Origin: an uncultured Candidatus Saccharibacteria bacterium
Lineage (GTDB): Bacteria; Patescibacteriota; UBA1384; 2-12-FULL-50-11
DNA length: 55,361 bases
Assembly (NCBI GenBank): GCA_964599405.1
Contig: CAZRED010000004.1
Location: 1 to 55,361, forward strand
Direction of reading: 5' to 3'
Below, one piece after another: positions 19,709-28,662 of this stretch. Made by a program: the position numbers and the translations under genes. The number at the start of each line of letters is the position of its first letter. Positions within the stretch are counted from its first letter, which is position 1. Below the pieces are notes generated by a model. It did no database searches. It had not been told where the DNA came from and saw nothing but the letters and a program-made list of their open reading frames with translations.

Positions 19709-20971
19709 ATGGCCATTTCCGCCTTTAGCGCCGCATTAAACCAACTAGCCGATGAACGGGGGCTGCCTCGTGACATAATTATTGAAGCCATTGAATCCGC
19801 TGTCGCTGCGGCATACCGCAAAGACTACGGACACCCCGATCAACAAGTAGTGGCAAAGCTCGAAGAAGAGACTGGCGAATTCAACGTAAAACAGCTTTTT
19901 GATGTGGTTGAAGAAGTGGAGAACACCCACGCCCAACTTACTCCGGCCGAAGCCAAGGAGCTGAAAAAAGGCGCCAAAGTCGGCGATGTGATTGAGGTCG
20001 AATTGGAGCCTCACAGCGATTTCGGCCGCATTGCCGCTCAAACCGCTAAACAAGTTATTTCCCAACGTCTGCGCGAAGCTGAGAAAGAAATCCTCTTTGC
20101 CGAATACAAAGAAAAACAGGGCCAGTTAATTAACGGCTATGTCCAACAAGTAGAAGGACCAAACGTCATTATGAACATCGGTAAACTCAATGGTTTGATG
20201 ATTGCTTCCGACCAAATTGCCGGCCAGAACTACTACCCCGGTCAGCGACTGAAAATCTTGGTTTACAACGTGGAAGAAACCCCGCGTGGTCCGCGAATTC
20301 TCGTTACTCGCTCGAGCCCAGATTTTATTATTAAACTTTTTGAGTTGGAAGTGCCGGAAGTAGCTTCTGGTTCAGTAGAAGTGAAAGTAATCGCCCGTGA
20401 AGCAGGGACTCGCACCAAGATGGCCGTTATCTCTAACCAACCTGGTCTTGACCCAGTTGGCTCATGCGTTGGCCAACGCGGTAGCCGTGTCCAAGCGGTG
20501 CTAAGCGAAATTGGTGAGGAAAAAATCGACATTATCCCATGGAAAGAAGACGTTGAGCAGTTTCTGATGGAAGCCCTGAAACCAGCAAAAATCGAGAAAA
20601 TTAAACTACTCAAAAAAGACAAACGGGCCGAAGTAACCGTCCCCGACGATCAACTATCGCTGGCAATCGGTAAAAACGGACAAAATGTCCGCTTAGCCAG
20701 CAAGTTAATCGGCTGGGAAATCGACATCGTCAAAACTGACGGTGAGAAACGCTCACGCGATTCCAGACCGCCGCAACCGGAAGTGCTGCCAGCCCCAGTT
20801 GCAGCCGAAACTCCCGACGTTAGTGAAAAAACCGAAATAGTTGAGGACGTAATCGTACCCGAGTCACCGGCTGAAGAAGCGGTTGTACCAACCGACAAAG
20901 ACATTGACGCCCAGACGCCGGAAGATATCGCTGTCGAGCAAGAGCAGGTCGCGGACGAAGCTGCTAAGTAA
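19709..20971 (+). CDS. nusA: Transcription termination/antitermination factor NusA
   Basis: FGRIAAQTAKQVI, AREAGTRTK, GSCVGQRG, SLAIGKNGQNVRLA. Confidence 0.97.
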   Translation: MAISAFSAALNQLADERGLPRDIIIEAIESAVAAAYRKDYGHPDQQVVAKLEEETGEFNVKQLFDVVEEVENTHAQLTPAEAKELKKGAKVGDVIEVELEPHSDFGRIAAQTAKQVISQRLREAEKEILFAEYKEKQGQLINGYVQQVEGPNVIMNIGKLNGLMIASDQIAGQNYYPGQRLKILVYNVEETPRGPRILVTRSSPDFIIKLFELEVPEVASGSVEVKVIAREAGTRTKMAVISNQPGLDPVGSCVGQRGSRVQAVLSEIGEEKIDIIPWKEDVEQFLMEALKPAKIEKIKLLKKDKRAEVTVPDDQLSLAIGKNGQNVRLASKLIGWEIDIVKTDGEKRSRDSRPPQPEVLPAPVAAETPDVSEKTEIVEDVIVPESPAEEAVVPTDKDIDAQTPEDIAVEQEQVADEAAK

Positions 20972-21072
20972 AGTTTGCTTTACATTGATTTCACAACGTT
21001 TACAGGTTTAGTTGTGGAAAACTCCAAGAAATTCCCCTGACAAGCGCCTTGGTTTTTGGTATATTCTAGGCA

Positions 21073-23571
21073 ATGACTATGCCCCACAATCCCGACAACA
21101 ACATTAACCGCTTGAGCGAAACCGCTCAAAAAATCCTCAACGACGCCGAGCTGTTTGCCCGGACTCTTAACTCCGGCTTTGATACCCACCACCTATTAGT
21201 TGGTATCGCCAGCAATCCTGGCACTTTGGCCTACGAATGGTTGCGGGAGGTGTTTGTCACCCCCGAGCGCTTAAGCTACGTGCTGCACTCGAACACCGGC
21301 AACCTGAAAACTTCGGAGGTAATCTCCACCGATTTGAAACGGGTACTGATTGCCGCCCACAAATCCGCCGCTAAGTACCATACCGCCACGGTTGATTCAG
21401 AGCACCTGTTACTGTCGTTAGTAGAAACTAAAGACTCGAATGCTTACCAACTACTATTATTACTGGAGGTTGACCCGAAGCTACTGAAAGACCAAATCGA
21501 GGAGTACTTCGACCAACTAGCCAGTTCTGCTGATACGGACGAAGACGAAGAAACGGAAGATTCGGCGCCGTACAGCGCCCATAATCACGAAATGACCCGG
21601 ACAATGCAGCAAAACCGCCAAAAATCGGCGATTGACTACTTCACCACCGACCTAACCAAGTTGGCTAAAGATCGCAAACTCGACCCAGTGGTTGGCCGTG
21701 CCAAAGAAATCCAACGGATGACCCAAATTTTGGTGCGGCGCATCAAAAATAACCCAGTTTTAACCGGTGAACCGGGCGTCGGCAAGACCGCCATTGTGGA
21801 AGGACTGGCTCAAAAAATCATCAATCACGATGTGCCGCCGCAGTTAGCCGACAAGCGCATTTTGAGCCTAGATTTAGCGCTGCTGATTGCTGGTACAACC
21901 TACCGTGGCCAGTTTGAAGAGCGCACCAAACGCCTGGTTGATGAAATTATTCGAGCTGGCAACGTTATATTGTTTATTGACGAGCTGCACACCGTGGTGG
22001 GCGCCGGCGCTGCCGAGGGTTCGATAGATCTAAGTAATATCTTAAAGCCCTCGCTAGCAAAGGGTCAGCTGCGGTTGATTGGCGCCACCACTAACGACGA
22101 ATACCGTAAATACATTGAAAAAGACCCGGCCTTGGAGCGGCGTTTGCAGCGCGTAAATGTGGATGAACCGAGCGTTGAGGAAACTGTGGCAATTTTAACG
22201 GGCCTAAAAGCCACTTACGAAAAACACCACAACGTCACGATTGATGCCGATGCCGTGACGGCCGCGGCCGAGTTAGCTAAACGTTATATTTCCGACCGAT
22301 TTCTGCCGGACAAAGCGATTGATTTAATCGACGAAGCCGCTGCCGCTACCCAATTAGAAGAAAAACAGCTGCGCAGCTTCAACCGGTTGAGCGACCTGGA
22401 AAAACGTCGTAAAAAAGCCAAAACCGAGCATTTGAAGCACGCCGAAAACCTGGAGTACGAAAAAGCCGCCGAATGGCGAGTGCTGGAATTTAAGTTGATT
22501 GACGAAATCGAAAAACTCAAAGCCAAGCTGCCGCGCCGCAGCCATACCCGAGTCATTACCCGCGAAGATATCGCCAAAATCGTCTCGATGTGGACTGGCC
22601 TACCCGTCCAATCATTAACCAAAACTGACAAAATCCGCCTGTCTAATCTCGACAAAAGCCTGCAAGAGTTTATTGTCGGCCAAACCGAAGCGATTGGAAT
22701 GATTGCCGCGGCCGTTAAACGCTCATCAGCGGGCATCTCCGATCCGAACCGGCCGCTGGGATCGTTCATTTTCTTGGGACCGACCGGAGTAGGAAAGACC
22801 GAATTGGCGAAAGTGCTGGCTCGGGAAGTTTACGGTCGGGAAGAAGCGCTGGTGAAGATTGATATGAGCGAATTCATGGAGAAACATAACGTTTCCCGCT
22901 TGGTAGGAGCACCCCCAGGTTACGTTGGCTATGAAGATGCTGGTAAATTAACCGAAACCATCCGCCGCCAGCCGTATTCGGTAGTGCTGTTGGATGAAGT
23001 CGAGAAAGCCCATCCAGACGTTTACAATATGCTGCTGCAAATTATGGAAGATGGCTACCTAACCGACGCTAAGGGCCGCCGGGTGAATTTCCGCAATACG
23101 ATTTTAATAATGACTTCTAACATTGGCATGGCCGAGCTCAATCGCCAAGCAGCGATTGGTTTTAAGACTAAGGACCCCGCTGATGCCGAAACCCGTTACG
23201 AAGCAATTAAGGCCCGGATTGCTGACGAGCTGAAGCAGCACTTCCGCCCGGAATTTATCAACCGGTTGGATAAAGTGATTGTTTTCAAGCCGCTCGGCAA
23301 AGACGACGTTAAGGAAATCGTTCGCCGCCAGATACAGCTGTTGAGCGACCGATTACTGCCGGAGGGAATTGAGATTCAAGTTAGCCCGGAAGCAATTAGC
23401 TTTTTGGCCGAAAAGGGCTTTGATCCGGAGTTTGGTGCCCGCCCAGTCCGCCGAGTGATTACTGAATACGTGGAAGATCCGCTCTCCGAAATGCTACTGA
23501 CCGGCAAATTGAACAAGTCTGCACCAATTCGAGTGCTGCGCAAAGGCGCGAAACTAGCGCTGGTGAAGTAA
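21073..23571 (+). CDS. clpC: ATP-dependent Clp protease ATP-binding subunit (ClpC type)
   Basis: Clp N domain and two AAA+ modules ([16 protein letters not shown]), GAPPGYVGY. Confidence 0.92.
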   Translation: MTMPHNPDNNINRLSETAQKILNDAELFARTLNSGFDTHHLLVGIASNPGTLAYEWLREVFVTPERLSYVLHSNTGNLKTSEVISTDLKRVLIAAHKSAAKYHTATVDSEHLLLSLVETKDSNAYQLLLLLEVDPKLLKDQIEEYFDQLASSADTDEDEETEDSAPYSAHNHEMTRTMQQNRQKSAIDYFTTDLTKLAKDRKLDPVVGRAKEIQRMTQILVRRIKNNPVLTGEPGVGKTAIVEGLAQKIINHDVPPQLADKRILSLDLALLIAGTTYRGQFEERTKRLVDEIIRAGNVILFIDELHTVVGAGAAEGSIDLSNILKPSLAKGQLRLIGATTNDEYRKYIEKDPALERRLQRVNVDEPSVEETVAILTGLKATYEKHHNVTIDADAVTAAAELAKRYISDRFLPDKAIDLIDEAAAATQLEEKQLRSFNRLSDLEKRRKKAKTEHLKHAENLEYEKAAEWRVLEFKLIDEIEKLKAKLPRRSHTRVITREDIAKIVSMWTGLPVQSLTKTDKIRLSNLDKSLQEFIVGQTEAIGMIAAAVKRSSAGISDPNRPLGSFIFLGPTGVGKTELAKVLAREVYGREEALVKIDMSEFMEKHNVSRLVGAPPGYVGYEDAGKLTETIRRQPYSVVLLDEVEKAHPDVYNMLLQIMEDGYLTDAKGRRVNFRNTILIMTSNIGMAELNRQAAIGFKTKDPADAETRYEAIKARIADELKQHFRPEFINRLDKVIVFKPLGKDDVKEIVRRQIQLLSDRLLPEGIEIQVSPEAISFLAEKGFDPEFGARPVRRVITEYVEDPLSEMLLTGKLNKSAPIRVLRKGAKLALVK

Positions 23572-23663
23572 AACACCAGCCCTTTTAACCCCCGAGATCT
23601 TGATGTAGGGGGTTGACTTTTGAGGGGTTTTATGGTATGGTTTCTGCGTCTCATGGAGGAGAT

Positions 23664-24029
23664 ATGAAACTTAAAACCACCGAACAATTTTCCACCTCGG
23701 CCCGCCGCTGGTTCTGTGTTCTTGCCCTTGTGGCAGTAATTACAGGCCTTGCAGCACTCGTTGCTGGAATCGGAATCTTCGTCGTCTATGGCCGCGAATG
23801 GCAATCGGCAGTTAGTACCTGTGGCGCAATAGCGCGCTGGTGTCTAGCTGTTGTGGTTGGCTGCAGCTTGGCCATGATGTTCTTTAATCGCGTATTTGAA
23901 GAGTGTGTGAAGGAACGGCAACGCCGCTCCACAGCCCCTCTGAAAGCCGATCGGAACAGATGGCTCTCTATGGTTTTTGCCCGGATGTATGCTAACGCCA
24001 CCATCCGAGTGCTTCAAAACAAGGCGTAA
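23664..24029 (+). CDS. Hypothetical membrane protein
   Basis: SD GGAGGAG, two hydrophobic segments, terminator at 24034-24068. Confidence 0.65.
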   Translation: MKLKTTEQFSTSARRWFCVLALVAVITGLAALVAGIGIFVVYGREWQSAVSTCGAIARWCLAVVVGCSLAMMFFNRVFEECVKERQRRSTAPLKADRNRWLSMVFARMYANATIRVLQNKA

Positions 24030-24033
24030 AAAC

Positions 24034-24068
24034 AAAGGCCCGCAAGCAGCAATGCCAGCGGGCCTTTT
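24034..24068 (+). terminator. Intrinsic terminator
   Basis: aaaggcccgc...gcgggcctttt. Confidence 0.6.
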
Positions 24069-24185
24069 CCATACTCAATTTTCGGCAGTTGTTCGGTTTT
24101 CCACTTCTCCACAATGTTTTCCCCAAACAATAACCAAAAAGAAGCCGCACTGTTGTGCGGCATCAAATACTTGCATGGGTCGTGC

Positions 24186-24755
24186 TTAATCGTGTTTCAG
24201 TCGGTGGTAGAGGGTTTCCAGTCTTTCCTCCAAATTCGCGACTGTTTTCTCGTTAGACACGAAGTAATCAGCGAAAGCAATTGGTCCGCCTTTAGCGGCT
24301 TGCTCGATCTCATTGATATCCCGGGAGATAGCTTCTTCCTTGGTTAAAGGTCGGATTTCCCGGATAGCTAGCCGCTTGTAGCGAGTCGCTTTTTGGGCGA
24401 TGACCGCTACCACAGTGACGTGTTCGAACTTCTCTCTTAGGTAGACAAGTTCATCCCAGCTGTAGAGGCCGTCAATTACAACGTCCTGCTTCTGGTCGAG
24501 TAGTTTTCTGATTTCCGGTTCGTTGACGATGGCGAAGGCGGCCATTCCGTGCTTTTCTCGCAGTTCGTTGCGAACCTTTCGTTCGCTTTCTTCTCCGGGC
24601 GGTAAACCTTGTTCTTGAGAAATCCTCAAGGTGGTGCCGCCAAAGTAGACGACGCCGAGCTGCTTAGTCTTAAAGAACTTGGTAACCTCGCCTTTACCGG
24701 CGCCAGTCATGCCGACAACGGCAACGACGATTGGTGTCTTTTTGAATACTGACAT
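24186..24755 (-). CDS. P-loop kinase (UPF0200 / dephospho-CoA-kinase-like)
   Basis: GMTGAGKG Walker A, VIDGLYS, RYKRLAIR..RPLT, GGPIAFADY. Confidence 0.8.
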   Translation of the reverse strand: MSVFKKTPIVVAVVGMTGAGKGEVTKFFKTKQLGVVYFGGTTLRISQEQGLPPGEESERKVRNELREKHGMAAFAIVNEPEIRKLLDQKQDVVIDGLYSWDELVYLREKFEHVTVVAVIAQKATRYKRLAIREIRPLTKEEAISRDINEIEQAAKGGPIAFADYFVSNEKTVANLEERLETLYHRLKHD

Positions 24756-24796
24756 GTGCGTCCCTCTCTGGGAGAATTTTAGCACACTATTGACAC

Positions 24797-24813
24797 ATTT
24801 GGTATTTGTTCGG
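24797..24813 (+). promoter_or_regulatory. Putative LexA operator (degenerate) between TTGACA and TATATT
   Basis: atttggtatttgttcgg; matches the lexA and dinB promoter motif. Confidence 0.65.
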
Positions 24814-24826
24814 CTATATTGAATGT

Positions 24827-25087
24827 ATGGAGGCAATCGAAACGTTTCAACGCTTAGAAGAACCAATTCGGGTAATTGCCAGTTTCGATGGCCCAAAAAT
24901 ACGGTTGCATTCATTTGAATGGCGGGAACGAATTTACCAAGTTGAGAGCGTTAATCTGTTCCATATTGAAAAAGACGCCAAGAAGTCGCTCTACCACTTT
25001 GCCGTAACGGCTGCCGGCAATGACTACGATATCGTCTTTAACCCTGTTAACTTAACTTGGCAGCTCCAGGAAATAGCCAATGTTTGA
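24827..25087 (+). CDS. Small beta-rich protein, DUF6504-like
   Basis: FEWRERIYQVESV...YHFAV...YDIVFN...WQL pattern; ATG 6 nt after TATATT. Confidence 0.7.
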   Translation: MEAIETFQRLEEPIRVIASFDGPKIRLHSFEWRERIYQVESVNLFHIEKDAKKSLYHFAVTAAGNDYDIVFNPVNLTWQLQEIANV

Positions 25088-25149
25088 CATCGCTGGCCGG
25101 AAAACGTAGCGTAAACGACAGTGTGCACATTCTACCGACGGAAGGATAA

Positions 25150-25416
25150 TTGAATAGGCCGGAGTACTTAGTACTGCTTCGTCCCACAAACGACGGCTGG
25201 CAAGCCGTTATTTTGAAAGATGAGGCCACGATCTGCACCGTACTACCCAACACCCGAGAACAGCCAAAAGTGGTTGAATCCTGGTGGCTGGACTACCTGG
25301 TTAAACAATCGCCGGAAACTGATTGGTTAAAATGGGAGCCGATTAATGTAGCAATCCAGCGAGTTCCGGTGAAAGTTCCCAACGACATTGCTTGCATCCT
25401 GATAAAACATCTTTAG
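25150..25416 (+). CDS. Hypothetical protein
   Basis: SD-like GAAGGA, TTG start, terminator at 25415-25445. Confidence 0.55.
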   Translation: MNRPEYLVLLRPTNDGWQAVILKDEATICTVLPNTREQPKVVESWWLDYLVKQSPETDWLKWEPINVAIQRVPVKVPNDIACILIKHL

Positions 25417-25456
25417 AAGCGCGAAGACCGCGCTTTCTCTTTTTTACACATTGACC

Positions 25457-25473
25457 GTTCGGTGTTTGTTCGG
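25457..25473 (+). promoter_or_regulatory. Putative LexA operator filling the -35/-10 spacer of the dinB promoter
   Basis: TTGACC-gttcggtgtttgttcgg-CAGGAT. Confidence 0.8.
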
Positions 25474-25485
25474 CAGGATGAAAAG

Positions 25486-25554
25486 ATGTTGAGTCAAATT
25501 ATTCTACACCTAGACATCTCCCTCCGCTACGCTCCGGTTGAGCTCCAAATGTAA
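25486..25554 (+). CDS. uORF / duplicated DinB N-terminus (22 aa, MLSQIILHLDISLRYAPVELQM)
   Basis: ATG 6 nt after the -10; IILHLD identical to the DinB start; stop 1 nt before the dinB ATG. Confidence 0.55.
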   Translation: MLSQIILHLDISLRYAPVELQM

Positions 25555-25555
25555 G

Positions 25556-26851
25556 ATGAACATCATCTTACATTTGGACATGAACTCTTACTACGCCACA
25601 ATGGAACAGCAGGCATATCCTAGCTTGCGGGGCCGGCCGATCGGCGTAGCCGGGAAGGGGAGGGGGGAGCGGACGGTGATGGTCGGCGCCTCGATTGAAG
25701 CTAAAAAGTTGGGGATACGCGGTATTATGTCTACTTGGGAAGCCAAGAAGCTCTGTCCGGAAATAATTATCGTCCCCGCCAACTACGACCGTTATATTTT
25801 CACCAGTAAACGGATTTTCGCCATGCTGGAGCGTTTCAGCCCCAAAGTGGAAATATTCTCGATTGACGAAGCCTTCATCGAACTGCCCAATCGCTGCAAC
25901 TGGGACGACGCCGTTCTAATTGCTAAACAAATGAAACGACTGATCCGCACCCAGATTGGCTCGTGGGTTAGTTGTTCAATCGGCATTTCCTACGGCCGGA
26001 CATTGGCCAAGTTAGCGAGCGAGCTACAAAAGCCGGACGGATTAACTGTCATTCGCCCAGAGAACTTTACGGAAATTGCCGCCAAGACCCGCATAGAGGA
26101 ACTGTGTGGAATTGGCTGGCGGATTGGGCCACGCTTAAACCAAATGGGGATTTTCAGTATTGCCGAGCTGGGTAACACACCGGCGGAGATGCTGATTAAA
26201 ACCTTCGGGCCGCACACCGGCAGCTGGCTGCACAATATTGGGAATGGCATTGACGACGGACGGCTACGCTCGTTTCGGGAGTTGCCCCAAGAAAAGTCGG
26301 TTGGGCACTCATATACCTTGCCGCAAGACATCTCTAACCCGGGTGATGCCAGGCGGACGTTATTATTGCTATGCGAACGGGTGGCGGTGCGATTGCGCCG
26401 AAAGGGGTTGCTGGGCCGTGGTATCACCCTCTACTTACGTTTCGGAGATAAAACCGGCTTTGGTCAGCATTTATTAACCCAAACCTATTTAGCGGACGGC
26501 TATCAAATATATTTAGTGGCAGAAAAACTGCTAGCCAGCTCGCCGCTGGGCAAACCGATTCGCTTAGTGGCCGTTAGTGTCTACGAGCTGGTCAAACAAG
26601 TGGAGCACACCAAACCGCTCTTTCTAGACGAACAGCATCACGAAGAGCTGCTGGAAGCGCTGGACAGCATCAATAACCGCTACGGAGAGTTTACCGTTCA
26701 CCGAGCGGCTTTGTCGCGGGTGAAAAAACGGATTTTCAAATTGCCCGACGGTCGCCATAAGCGGCTCTACACGCCGGAGACAGAGAGCGACCAGGCCAAC
26801 CTGCGCCGCCGCAGTATTTCTACCAGCCCCTTCATGAAAAGATTGGGGTAG
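25556..26851 (+). CDS. dinB: DNA polymerase IV (Y family)
   Basis: ILHLDMNSYYA, SIDEAF, LAKLASELQKPDG, KSVGHSYT. Confidence 0.95.
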   Translation: MNIILHLDMNSYYATMEQQAYPSLRGRPIGVAGKGRGERTVMVGASIEAKKLGIRGIMSTWEAKKLCPEIIIVPANYDRYIFTSKRIFAMLERFSPKVEIFSIDEAFIELPNRCNWDDAVLIAKQMKRLIRTQIGSWVSCSIGISYGRTLAKLASELQKPDGLTVIRPENFTEIAAKTRIEELCGIGWRIGPRLNQMGIFSIAELGNTPAEMLIKTFGPHTGSWLHNIGNGIDDGRLRSFRELPQEKSVGHSYTLPQDISNPGDARRTLLLLCERVAVRLRRKGLLGRGITLYLRFGDKTGFGQHLLTQTYLADGYQIYLVAEKLLASSPLGKPIRLVAVSVYELVKQVEHTKPLFLDEQHHEELLEALDSINNRYGEFTVHRAALSRVKKRIFKLPDGRHKRLYTPETESDQANLRRRSISTSPFMKRLG

Positions 26852-26926
26852 GGCTGGATTTTTCTGCTAGAAAAGTTATAATTTACCTACTTTAGCACCT
26901 GCAAATCAGGATGTTCAGGACAAGCC

Positions 26927-27460
26927 ATGTTAATACAAGGAACGTTTGAAGAGATAGTCGTCGGGAAGTGTAGCAGGGAGAACCCGAAGACAGGAGAGAC
27001 GGAGTTCTTGGTCGCAGATATGCGCGACGACGCTGATAACGCACTCGCAGGAATGAAACACTTCCCGGGAGGAGCAGTGTCGTCGGACATGAGAGGTTAC
27101 CACACCGATCTAGGTGTTCCTATTCAAGACACCGCCATTCGACAGCACATGAAGAAGGTGGGCGTTGACTTCGTAATAGGGGATAGGGCCTTTATCACAC
27201 TTCGACGCGCTTACAGGAAAGACGTGGGCACGCGCAATGTAGTTACCTTCTGGTACTTGGGACAATGTGCCGATCCGCACACCGAGCTAGTAGTTGCCGA
27301 AAACTGCGAGATCAAACCAGGGAGCGCTCGCTGGGAAACGGCTAAAACAATTCTGGAAGAAATTAGCACACTGGGCGATTTCGCCTGCGGAAGGCTTCCA
27401 GACTCGTTTATCCCGCTACTTGTCACCACGTTACAAGAGAAGACACCAGCGCTGGCGTAA
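26927..27460 (+). CDS. Hypothetical protein, possible degenerate Nudix fold
   Basis: FLV...HFPGGAV...DTAIRQHMKKVG...RW; SD CAGGA; terminator follows. Confidence 0.6.
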   Translation: MLIQGTFEEIVVGKCSRENPKTGETEFLVADMRDDADNALAGMKHFPGGAVSSDMRGYHTDLGVPIQDTAIRQHMKKVGVDFVIGDRAFITLRRAYRKDVGTRNVVTFWYLGQCADPHTELVVAENCEIKPGSARWETAKTILEEISTLGDFACGRLPDSFIPLLVTTLQEKTPALA

Positions 27461-27477
27461 GCTACCGCTAAAACCAA

Positions 27478-27508
27478 CCCCACAAACTGAAAAGTTTGTG
27501 GGGATTTT
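27478..27508 (+). terminator. Intrinsic terminator
   Basis: ccccacaaact-gaaa-agtttgtgggg-atttt. Confidence 0.7.
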
Positions 27509-27528
27509 ATTAAAATAGCCCTTGACAC

Positions 27529-27544
27529 GTTCGGTATTTGTTCG
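27529..27544 (+). promoter_or_regulatory. Putative LexA operator in the lexA promoter spacer
   Basis: TTGACA(27522)-cgttcggtatttgttcg-TAAATT(27545). Confidence 0.85.
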
Positions 27545-27556
27545 TAAATTGTGTTT

Positions 27557-28156
27557 ATGTTAACACCAAAACAAAAACAGATTTTGGATTTTATCGAGAA
27601 GTTTACGAAAGAAAACGACTATGCGCCTAGTTATCGCGAAATTGCTGAGAACTTCGGCTTTAGCTCGGTAGCCACAGTGGCCGAACACGTGGAAAACTTG
27701 AAAATTAAGGGTTACTTAACCAACGATGAAGGCTATCGCTCGCTGCGGGTAGTGGGAATAGAAGTAGAACCCGGTTCGGTGTTCTCCGGCAACGTACCAC
27801 TGTTAGGTGCAATTCAAGCTGGTAAGCCGATTGAAGCGGTGCGGACCAGTGAAACACTGGAGATTCCCCGGGATATGATGTCCAACAATGTTTTTGCCCT
27901 AAAGGTGAAAGGGGACTCGATGAAGGATGATGGAATTTTAGATGGCGACTACGTGGTAGTAGAGCCCTGCCAGAGCCCGAAAAACGGCGACATTGTCGTA
28001 GCGCTAATTAATAAAGACGAAGTGACTCTGAAGCGTTTTTACCGTGAGAAAGACCATATCCGCCTGCAACCAGCCAACACCCAGTTCAAACCAATTCGGG
28101 TGAAAAAAGTGGTAATCCAGGGCAAGGTCCGCGGCGTGATTAGAAAATTTAGGTAA
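27557..28156 (+). CDS. lexA: SOS repressor LexA
   Basis: LTPKQ..IL.FI, PSYREIA HTH, Ala-Gly cleavage site (QAGKP), GDSM Ser, TLKRF Lys. Confidence 0.97.
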   Translation: MLTPKQKQILDFIEKFTKENDYAPSYREIAENFGFSSVATVAEHVENLKIKGYLTNDEGYRSLRVVGIEVEPGSVFSGNVPLLGAIQAGKPIEAVRTSETLEIPRDMMSNNVFALKVKGDSMKDDGILDGDYVVVEPCQSPKNGDIVVALINKDEVTLKRFYREKDHIRLQPANTQFKPIRVKKVVIQGKVRGVIRKFR

Positions 28157-28158
28157 CG

Positions 28159-28301
28159 AAAAGCCCCCGACAAGTCGGGGGCAGGAATTCTTGGGGCGGC
28201 GCTACAGTTGTCACAGTGTCGTCGTTGTCGACAAGGAGAGCTGAAACCCGACATAGTTGGGATTTTCAGGCAGCGCCGCCGCATGTGTGATCTCAGGTGC
28301 T
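28159..28301 (-). ncRNA. Putative orphan structured ncRNA (~143 nt)
   Basis: TTGACA-17-TAGTAT promoter (28336-28308); 11-bp stem closing two hairpins; gcccccgac/gtcgggggc-UUUU terminator. Confidence 0.55.
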
Positions 28302-28379
28302 GTCGCAATACTACTTTTTTACCGATAAATTGTCAATAACTTCAGTAGTAAAATTGCGTTTTATCTGAAGGGGTGGTAT

Positions 28380-28637
28380 ATGTCATTTATGACTAAGACC
28401 ACTCAACGGAAACTTTTTTTATTCGGCCGCTACTCGTTAGCGCTGTTGCCACCGAAGAAATGGTTAAGCCAACTGGGCGTCAAAGCCGGCGACGAAGTGA
28501 CAGTTGAACTCGATAAAACTAAGCGCCGACTGATTGTTCGGTTCGACAATTCTGCCAAAACCGCCAGCCCCCAAAAACCACCAAAAACAGCTTCGAAAAA
28601 CGACCCCGACGATTGGCAACCGATTCCACAACTGTAA
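28380..28637 (+). CDS. AbrB/MazE/SpoVT family DNA-binding protein
   Basis: RKL...GRYSLALLPPKKWLSQLGVKAGDEV; alternative start at 28389. Confidence 0.8.
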   Translation: MSFMTKTTQRKLFLFGRYSLALLPPKKWLSQLGVKAGDEVTVELDKTKRRLIVRFDNSAKTASPQKPPKTASKNDPDDWQPIPQL

Positions 28638-28662
28638 GTTCGATATATGCTAACGTGGGGGT

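Noticed and set aside
24064-24125. DnaA-box cluster / origin (ttttccata, ttttccact, ttctccaca, ttttcccca)
   Set aside because: All carry mismatches to TTATCCACA, there is no clear unwinding element, and no dnaA or dnaN gene is nearby.
24756-24914. N-terminal extension of the kinase ORF (likewise for nusB, pduO, uvrD, rluA)
   Set aside because: The extensions overlap promoters or neighbouring genes and precede the conserved N-terminal motifs.
28039-28308. 89-aa minus-strand ORF
   Set aside because: It starts within the -10 box, runs through a terminator and is antisense to lexA; the region is better explained as ncRNA.
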